Shown one piece after another: positions 33,831 to 38,639 of a stretch of DNA of 38,639 nt. The notes under the pieces are model-generated. The model had not been told where the DNA came from and made no database searches. It was given only the letters and a program-made list of their open reading frames with translations. The position numbers were made by a program, and so were the translations under genes. The DNA is taken from the NCBI GenBank assembly GCA_002393905.1, contig DGSJ01000054.1, positions 1 through 38,639 on the forward strand, in the 5' to 3' direction. How positions within the stretch are numbered: the first letter of the stretch is position 1; every line of letters starts with the position of its first letter. The stretch comes from Bacillales bacterium UBA4365. GTDB taxonomy: Bacteria > Bacillota_I > Bacilli_A > RFN20 > CAG-826.

Positions 33831-35159
33831 TCACTCAATAATCTTCCAATATCCATCCTTATTAGATCCAACTCTAGTTATTAATTTTTTGTCTATTAAT
33901 GACGCGATAACTCTTTGAACCGTTTTTTCGGATTTGTTAATTCGCTTAGCAATTTCGTTTTTTGTTATTCTTTCGTTATATCTAATCAAATTGTAAACTT
34001 TTTGTTCTTGTTCTGTTAATTGCTCTTTTATCTGGACATTTAAATGGACATTTGTCCTGATAAATTCAAAAAAGAACCCGTACGCTTCTTTCCTATAATT
34101 CCAAGAAATGCCTTGTGATAAGCAATATTCATTAACTCTTTGGAATCCGGTGCCACCTTTTTCAACATCTTTGCTTCTAAACAATACATCAAGAATCAGT
34201 TTATTTCTTTTATATGATGGTAAGTTTTTATTAATAAAATCTAAAGGGGTTAAATCTTCTGGAAACGTTCCTAAATTATAAATTTCAATAATGTTAGGGT
34301 GAATCCCTATTTCAATTTCGGCCATAGATTCATAATTAGCATGAGCAAATGCATTTACAATTATTTCTCTTAAAGCTTCTTCTGGTATTTCAGGTATCTC
34401 TTCTCTTTTTCTAGTTCCGATTTTAACTTTCCAATTTATATGACTCAAAACATAACTAAGAGCTTCACCTACTAAATTATAGATGTTTCCATTTAATAGT
34501 TTTAAATCTAAAATGGTCACTTTGTTTTCGGTTGCGTAAACCGCTAGTTTTAGACTGATTTTTGCGTTTTTTCCAAACAAAGCATATCCACCATTTTTAA
34601 TATAGCCATCTTTCGAAAGTTCAAGGATCGAAAGAAGCTTTTCTTTATGATATTCCTTGAGTTCTAGTCTTCCGCATTCACGAGCAGATTTATAAAAATC
34701 AATTAATGCATTATCATCCAAATCTTCCGAAGTATAATTCGTTAATTCTTCTTCCCATTTTGAAGAATAATCATCATTTTTAATTAGTTTTTTTAATTCA
34801 TCGTTTGACATTTTTCTATTTTCAGTGCCAATTCTAATTAAATATCTTCCGTTCACAGAATAAGGTCGATTATTACCATAGAAAGAAACTTTTATAACAT
34901 CTTTCCCTTCGATATTGATTATTTCAATAGTTGGCACAATTTTAGGTTCAAGCATTTCATTGATTGTTCTAGATATATCTTTTTTTGTGGAATCAGTAAT
35001 TTGTTTTTGACCAACCACAAAACCTTTATCATCTACACCAAAATATAATGTACCTTTAGTATGCTTGTTTAAAATAGCGCAAATGGATTCAACCGCTTCT
35101 TTTCTTTCGCCTGTTGAAACTTTAAATTCTAATATTTCTGATTCTTCACCGATTTTCAT
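33831..35159 (-). CDS. AlbA_2 (Schlafen-like) - HATPase_c_4-like - winged-HTH protein (COG2865-type putative regulator)
   Basis: N-terminus ESEILEFKVS...AILNKHTKGTLYFGVDDKGFVVG (AlbA_2 pattern). Middle REIIVNAFAHANY...IEIYNLGTFPE...YKRNKLILDVLF...EKGGTGFQRV. C-terminal wHTH ITKNEIAKRINKSEKTVQRVIASLIDKKLITRVGSNKDGYWKI. Confidence 0.7.
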   Translation of the reverse strand: MKIGEESEILEFKVSTGERKEAVESICAILNKHTKGTLYFGVDDKGFVVGQKQITDSTKKDISRTINEMLEPKIVPTIEIINIEGKDVIKVSFYGNNRPYSVNGRYLIRIGTENRKMSNDELKKLIKNDDYSSKWEEELTNYTSEDLDDNALIDFYKSARECGRLELKEYHKEKLLSILELSKDGYIKNGGYALFGKNAKISLKLAVYATENKVTILDLKLLNGNIYNLVGEALSYVLSHINWKVKIGTRKREEIPEIPEEALREIIVNAFAHANYESMAEIEIGIHPNIIEIYNLGTFPEDLTPLDFINKNLPSYKRNKLILDVLFRSKDVEKGGTGFQRVNEYCLSQGISWNYRKEAYGFFFEFIRTNVHLNVQIKEQLTEQEQKVYNLIRYNERITKNEIAKRINKSEKTVQRVIASLIDKKLITRVGSNKDGYWKIIE

Positions 35160-35165
35160 GTAAAT

Positions 35166-35220
35166 ATCTTAACATTAATTTACCGTTTTGTCCATATAAA
35201 TGTCCAACAATTTGTCCATA
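35166..35220 (-). promoter_or_regulatory. Putative promoter with three phased TGGACA repeats upstream of the AlbA_2 gene
   Basis: Plus-strand TGTCCA at 35189-35194, 35201-35206 and 35213-35218, exactly 12 nt apart. The proximal copy reads as a -35 (TGGACA), then 17 nt, then TAAGAT (35171-35166), then 6 nt, then ATG 35159. No SD is present. Confidence 0.4.
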
Positions 35221-35240
35221 TTAGTAAAATAAGATTTTCT

Positions 35241-35276
35241 AAAAGAAAAAAGCCTTGATTTATGCGTGTCAAGGCT
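35241..35276 (-). terminator. Rho-independent terminator after the tRNA-Leu pair
   Basis: On the minus strand: AGCCTTGA-cacgcataaa-TCAAGGCT followed by TTTTTTCTTTT. Confidence 0.7.
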
Positions 35277-35287
35277 GTTTATAAACG

Positions 35288-35372
35288 TGGTGCCCACGGT
35301 CGGACTCGAACCGACATGGATTTCTCCGAAGGATTTTGAGTCCTTTGCGTCTACCAATTTCACCACGTGGGC
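35288..35372 (-). tRNA. tRNA-Leu (anticodon CAA)
   Basis: 85-nt class II tRNA GCCCACG..CGTGGGC-A-CCA with anticodon stem AAGGA/TCCTT, loop CTCAAAA and a long variable arm. Confidence 0.85.
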
Positions 35373-35382
35373 ATACTCATAG

Positions 35383-35466
35383 GGTGCAGTGAGCGAGACT
35401 TGAACTCGCAACCCTAACGGGATGGGCTTCTGAGACCCACGCGTATACCAATTCCGCCATCACTGC
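35383..35466 (-). tRNA. tRNA-Leu (anticodon CAG)
   Basis: Class II tRNA GCAGTGA..TCACTGC-A with anticodon stem TGGGT/GCCCA, loop CTCAGAA and variable arm TCCCGTTAGGGTT. The 3' CCA is not fully encoded (the genomic sequence reads CCC). Confidence 0.8.
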
Positions 35467-35495
35467 GTTGGGTAAAGTATACACTAAATTACTTC

Positions 35496-36194
35496 TTATA
35501 AATAAAGTTTCTTAATTTTTGCTAATGTTGAGGCATCAGCAGGAGAAAATTCGAGCTGATCAAGCTCTTCTTTGTTTGACCAAGCCATATTAATGTGTTC
35601 AGTTAAGGTTGGAGTTCCTTCGAGAAGCTCACAACGATATGTATCAATATGAAGAATTTGTGTTGGATACTCATCAATGATGTTTGTAATACGTTCATGA
35701 ACTTTAACTTTAATTTTCAGTTCTTCTTGTAGTTCGCGAGCAAGTGCTTCTTGTGGAGTTTCTCCTGGTTCAATCTTTCCGCCAGGGAATTCCCACTTAA
35801 ATTTTGTTTCGCCTTTATTGCCTCGTTGTGCTGCAAAAACATAACCATCTTTAATAATTGCACCAGCAACAACAAAGACTTCTCTTTTCTTATTTTCACC
35901 AGCATTTTTCGGTTTATTTACAGTTTTTGCGGATGATTTTTGTTTAATTAAAGCTAATGTCAAAAGCACTACTAAACCAATAAATGCAGCAATTCCTAGA
36001 ACAACAAAAATCCAGAATATAACGCTAAAACGTTCAGCCAATTTTTCTTTGCCATCTTTAACAAGACTGTTCATTTTTAGTTTTAAAAATAAAGCAATTA
36101 GACCAGCGACAATTGTGCCAGCGCCGCAATTTCCAGCGATAATATAGAGTTTTGAGAGAGGACTTTCTTTTATTTTTGGTTTCTTTTGTTTCAT
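35496..36194 (-). CDS. MutT/NUDIX (8-oxo-dGTP diphosphatase-like) domain fused to an N-terminal two-TM membrane segment
   Basis: The N-terminal 100 aa contain two hydrophobic helices and a basic linker. This is followed by FVVAGAIIKDGYVFAAQRG...WEFPGGKIEPGETPQEALARELQEELKI, a MutT-type Nudix box. Confidence 0.7.
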   Translation of the reverse strand: MKQKKPKIKESPLSKLYIIAGNCGAGTIVAGLIALFLKLKMNSLVKDGKEKLAERFSVIFWIFVVLGIAAFIGLVVLLTLALIKQKSSAKTVNKPKNAGENKKREVFVVAGAIIKDGYVFAAQRGNKGETKFKWEFPGGKIEPGETPQEALARELQEELKIKVKVHERITNIIDEYPTQILHIDTYRCELLEGTPTLTEHINMAWSNKEELDQLEFSPADASTLAKIKKLYL

Positions 36195-36245
36195 AGGACA
36201 AATTATAGTTCAATCACCAAGACAATTTCAATTATTGAAATAATC

Positions 36246-36734
36246 TTATTTTTTCTCTTCTTCCTTTAGGATTCCAAAATTAATGTGACAATACCCATGT
36301 GGGTTTTTATCTAAGTAGTTTTGATGATACTCTTCAGCTAAAAAGAACTTATGCAAAGGTAAAATCTCAATTTTGTAGTTCTTTTCTAAATATTTATCGA
36401 AGTATGTACGAATTCTATTCTCATCCTTAATGTCTACAAAGTAGACTCCGGAACGATACTGGATTCCTTCATCTTCTCCTTGTTTGTTTAAGGAATATGG
36501 ATCAACAAATCTTAAAAAGAGTTCTAGAATCTTTTCTAAAGAAAGAACATTTTCATCATATTCAATTTTTACAGTCTCAGATGCGTTATCTTTACCATGT
36601 TTTAAATCTTCATAACTTGGATGATCTTTGGTTCCGTTAGCGTATCCAACCTCAGTCGAAAGAATGCCTTTAACCATCGAAAAATATTTTTCAACTCCCC
36701 AGAAACATCCACCGGCAATATAAATTGTTTTCAT
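36246..36734 (-). CDS. msrA: Peptide-methionine (S)-S-oxide reductase
   Basis: MKTIYIAGGCFWGVEKYF active-site motif. ORF trimmed to ATG 36734; the longer ORF start would run through a terminator hairpin. Confidence 0.9.
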   Translation of the reverse strand: MKTIYIAGGCFWGVEKYFSMVKGILSTEVGYANGTKDHPSYEDLKHGKDNASETVKIEYDENVLSLEKILELFLRFVDPYSLNKQGEDEGIQYRSGVYFVDIKDENRIRTYFDKYLEKNYKIEILPLHKFFLAEEYHQNYLDKNPHGYCHINFGILKEEEKK

Positions 36735-36790
36735 GTGAAGTATTATATTTGAAAGTATACGATTCTCAATTAAATAAATTGGATTAAAAC

Positions 36791-36822
36791 ATAAAAATCG
36801 CCGCATTTGACGACGATTTTTT
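36791..36822. terminator. Rho-independent terminator after CDS 36846..37553
   Basis: ATCGCCG-catttga-CGACGAT (6/7 pairs) flanked by an A-run and a T-run. Confidence 0.55.
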
Positions 36823-36845
36823 AGAATAGCAAAGAAACGTTATTC

Positions 36846-37553
36846 TTATTTATAACAAGAATAATTAATTTCTAGATTTTTGAATTCAGCTTGGAACACC
36901 ATAAAAGGCGCTATCGTGGCATATTTGTCGAGATCAAATTCGAATTTGATTGTCGAATAATCATCATCATTTACAAATGTTGGTGCAACATTAATATCAC
37001 GTGTGTAGTAGTTACCTTCGCTACTATCGTACCATTTTATTTCAACAAGCATATTTCCATTTGGAACTGGTGTAGTATCGACAATCTTATAATCGAATTC
37101 TCGTTCGCCTTCCATTTGTAAAGTTAACATTATTCCAATGCGGCGTACTTGGTCTAATCCTTCGTTAGCATCTTTAATACCAAAATAAATGTCATCCCTA
37201 GTGTAGACAGAAAAATTGTTATTTTCTAATGAGCTATCCCAGCCGATACCGGTTTGAATAGTGTCTAATGATGTTGAATCACCTTGAATGGTGTGAAGTA
37301 AATGGGTTTCACTTTCTTCTAAGTCGAATGTTGAGATGCCAGTTTTAACCGTAGATCCTGGGTTTTCTCCAGGAATTGTTGGCATTCTTGTAATAGCAAA
37401 ATCCGATTTGTTAAATACATATTTTTGACTATTACCTATTGCCATTAAGTGATTAATAAATGAATTGTTACCGCTTTTTACGGCTATTCCTGCAACTGCA
37501 GCGACAAAGCCTAACGAAATTGAGCTGAAGACAATTTTGATAAAACGATCCAT
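36846..37553 (-). CDS. N-terminally anchored/exported protein, unknown function (235 aa)
   Basis: AGAGGA upstream of ATG 37553. N-terminal hydrophobic helix IVFSSISLGFVAAVAGIAV followed by a beta-rich soluble domain. No family recognised. Confidence 0.5.
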   Translation of the reverse strand: MDRFIKIVFSSISLGFVAAVAGIAVKSGNNSFINHLMAIGNSQKYVFNKSDFAITRMPTIPGENPGSTVKTGISTFDLEESETHLLHTIQGDSTSLDTIQTGIGWDSSLENNNFSVYTRDDIYFGIKDANEGLDQVRRIGIMLTLQMEGEREFDYKIVDTTPVPNGNMLVEIKWYDSSEGNYYTRDINVAPTFVNDDDYSTIKFEFDLDKYATIAPFMVFQAEFKNLEINYSCYK

Positions 37554-37599
37554 TTTATCCTCTTTTCTACCCCGTCTGCTCCCCCAAAGCAGAAACGTT

Positions 37600-37627
37600 A
37601 TTCTACAACTCTGTTTTTTTAATTCAA
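37600..37627 (-). promoter_or_regulatory. Sigma-70-type promoter for CDS 36846..37553
   Basis: On the minus strand: TTGAAT (37627-37622), 16 nt, TAGAAT (37605-37600). The predicted 5' UTR of about 40 nt contains the small hairpin CTGCT-ttggggg-AGCAG. Confidence 0.45.
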
Positions 37628-37663
37628 CTAATCACGCTATGAAAGTGCTTTACTATGTAAATA

Positions 37664-37716
37664 AAAAAACAAAAAACCCTCAATCTAGTGTGCCAATTTG
37701 GTCCAATAGATGAGGG
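37664..37716 (-). terminator. Putative terminator after tRNA-Ala
   Basis: On the minus strand: CCCTCATCTA ... TAGATTGAGGG (10 bp with a 1-nt bulge and a loop of about 19 nt) followed by TTTTTTGTTTTTTT. Confidence 0.45.
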
Positions 37717-37731
37717 TAATTTCAGTCACTT

Positions 37732-37807
37732 TGGTGGATCTGACCGGGCTCGAACCGGCCACCTCCTCCATGCCATGGAGGCGCTCTCCCAGATGAGCTA
37801 CAGACCC
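37732..37807 (-). tRNA. tRNA-Ala (anticodon GGC)
   Basis: 76-nt cloverleaf GGGTCTG..CAGATCC-A-CCA with the G3:U70 identity pair, anticodon stem CCTCC/GGAGG and loop ATGGCAT. Confidence 0.85.
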
Positions 37808-37840
37808 AGGTGCCTAACTATATTATCTTTTAATAAATAA

Positions 37841-37875
37841 AAAGTAAAGAAAAAGCCCCAAAGAATTTTTGAGGC
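37841..37875 (-). terminator. Putative terminator between tRNA-Arg and tRNA-Ala
   Basis: On the minus strand: AGCCTCAA-aaattc-TTGGGGCT (8 bp including one G-U) followed by TTTTCTTTACTTTTT. Confidence 0.5.
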
Positions 37876-37877
37876 TC

Positions 37878-37954
37878 TGGCGCGGCCAAGACGAGTTGAA
37901 CGTCCAACCCCCTTCTTAGGAGGAAGGTGCTCTATCCAGTTGAGCTATGGCCGC
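37878..37954 (-). tRNA. tRNA-Arg (anticodon CCU)
   Basis: 77-nt cloverleaf GCGGCCA..TGGCCGC-G-CCA with anticodon stem CCTTC/GAAGG and loop CTCCTAA. Confidence 0.85.
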
Positions 37955-37960
37955 AAATAA

Positions 37961-38036
37961 TGGTCGGAGCGAGGAGAATCGAACCCCTGACCTCTTGGTC
38001 CCGAACCAAGCGCACTACCAACTGTGCTACGCCCCG
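37961..38036 (-). tRNA. tRNA-Pro (anticodon CGG)
   Basis: 76-nt cloverleaf CGGGGCG..CGCTCCG-A-CCA (C1-G72 is typical of bacterial Pro) with anticodon stem CTTGG/CCAAG and loop TTCGGGA. Confidence 0.85.
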
Positions 38037-38037
38037 A

Positions 38038-38639
38038 TTACAAATCTAAACCAAACTCAAAGAGTGACATTTGGTCACTATCGCCCATTCCATCAAGGGT
38101 GCCGATCTTACTAAGATCTTCGACGTTTGTTGAAGAGAGTTTGGTTCGTTTAAGAAGGTCTTCTTTAGAAGAGAATGGTCCTTTCTCGCGAGCTTCAACA
38201 ACACTAATAGCAGCGTTTTCGCCTAATCCATCAATAACAATGAATGGACAAATAAGAGATTTATTTTCATGATCAACAACGAATTCAGTTGCTTTAGATT
38301 TGTATAAATCAACTTTTTCAAATTTATATCCACGTTCAGTCATTTCAATCGCCACAGTAAGCATCTTTAAAATATCTGTCTCCTTTGGAGATAGTTTTTC
38401 GTGCTTATTTTTACGACCTTTCAGTTCATCATAACGTTGAATAATGGCTTCTTTTCCGCCAAGCATTGGTTCAATGTCATATTGTTTACAACGAGCAGAG
38501 AACCACACAGCGTAGAATTCAAGTGGATAATAAAGTTTAAAGTAACCAACACGCACCGCCATTGTAACGTAAGCAACAGCGTGAGCTTTTGGGAACATAT
38601 ATTTAATCTTGTTACATGAATCAATGTACCATTCTGGAA
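38038..38639 (-). CDS. polC: DNA polymerase III PolC-type alpha subunit, C-terminal fragment (5' end lies outside the window)
   Basis: ..IKYMFPKAHAVAYVTMAVRVGYFKLYYPLEFYA.. is the conserved PolC C-terminal region. The frame stays open to the window edge (..PEWYIDSCNKIKYMFPKAH). Confidence 0.9.
   Translation of the reverse strand, partial: PEWYIDSCNKIKYMFPKAHAVAYVTMAVRVGYFKLYYPLEFYAVWFSARCKQYDIEPMLGGKEAIIQRYDELKGRKNKHEKLSPKETDILKMLTVAIEMTERGYKFEKVDLYKSKATEFVVDHENKSLICPFIVIDGLGENAAISVVEAREKGPFSSKEDLLKRTKLSSTNVEDLSKIGTLDGMGDSDQMSLFEFGLDL

Noticed and set aside
33015-35287. The AlbA_2/pRiA4b-like cassette as a bona fide integrated genomic island at tRNA-Leu.
   Set aside because: I found no copy of the tRNA-Leu 3' end near 33015-33213, so there is no att-like direct repeat. 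There is no integrase or transposase. My spot GC counts in this segment (about 20-40 percent per 60-nt line) overlap those of housekeeping genes. It is kept only as a candidate accessory cassette.
1-38639. UGA-to-Trp recoding (Mycoplasma-type genetic code).
   Set aside because: All long ORFs are intact under the standard code. TGG encodes the many Trp residues. TGA is used as a genuine stop, for example at 3786, 21386 and 33831, with coupled downstream starts.

Overview
The window is 38.6 kb of low-GC chromosome from a PolC-type bacterium (Firmicutes/Mollicutes-like). It uses the standard genetic code: UGA acts as a stop and TGG encodes Trp. All but one protein gene (gmk-like, 4263..4796) and nine of the ten tRNAs lie on the minus strand. 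I found no transposase, integrase, CRISPR array or rRNA.

Contents from left to right:
- 49..4121: a tightly coupled six-gene operon encoding a CpaF/VirB11-type ATPase, split TadB/TadC-like platform proteins, two orphan exported proteins and a small sigma-70 region-4-like protein. This looks like a Tad-like type IV filament module, and it runs off the left edge.
- 4263..7959: a gmk-like kinase, an SDR, and two tandem CNNM/DUF21-CBS transporters.
- 7974..16004: two giant surface proteins (about 1405 and 1256 aa), each with a signal peptide and a C-terminal transmembrane (TM) anchor instead of LPXTG.
- 16102..26574: a TM/proline-rich protein and housekeeping genes (dagK-like lipid kinase, gltX, deoD, Nudix, cdaA, pgpA-like, pepF-like).
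- 26593..29028: a lipoprotein with four Big_2-like domains fused to a clostripain (C11)-like protease.
- 29293..30660: an acidic membrane protein with a DUF2188-like tail.
- 30992..32948: an overlapping serine-palmitoyltransferase-like alpha-oxoamine synthase plus SDR pair, a candidate sphingoid or sulfonolipid base pathway.
- 33214..35159: a coupled AlbA_2/Schlafen-like wHTH protein plus a pRiA4b-ORF3-like protein, next to two tRNA-Leu genes.
- 35496..38639: a membrane-tethered MutT, msrA, an orphan exported protein, three more tRNAs and the 3' end of polC.

The ten tRNAs are Glu-CUC, Gly-GCC, Gly-CCC, Val-GAC, Thr-CGU, Leu-CAA, Leu-CAG, Ala-GGC, Arg-CCU and Pro-CGG. All have G or C at the wobble position.

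All functional calls rest on motif recognition by eye. No database search was possible.
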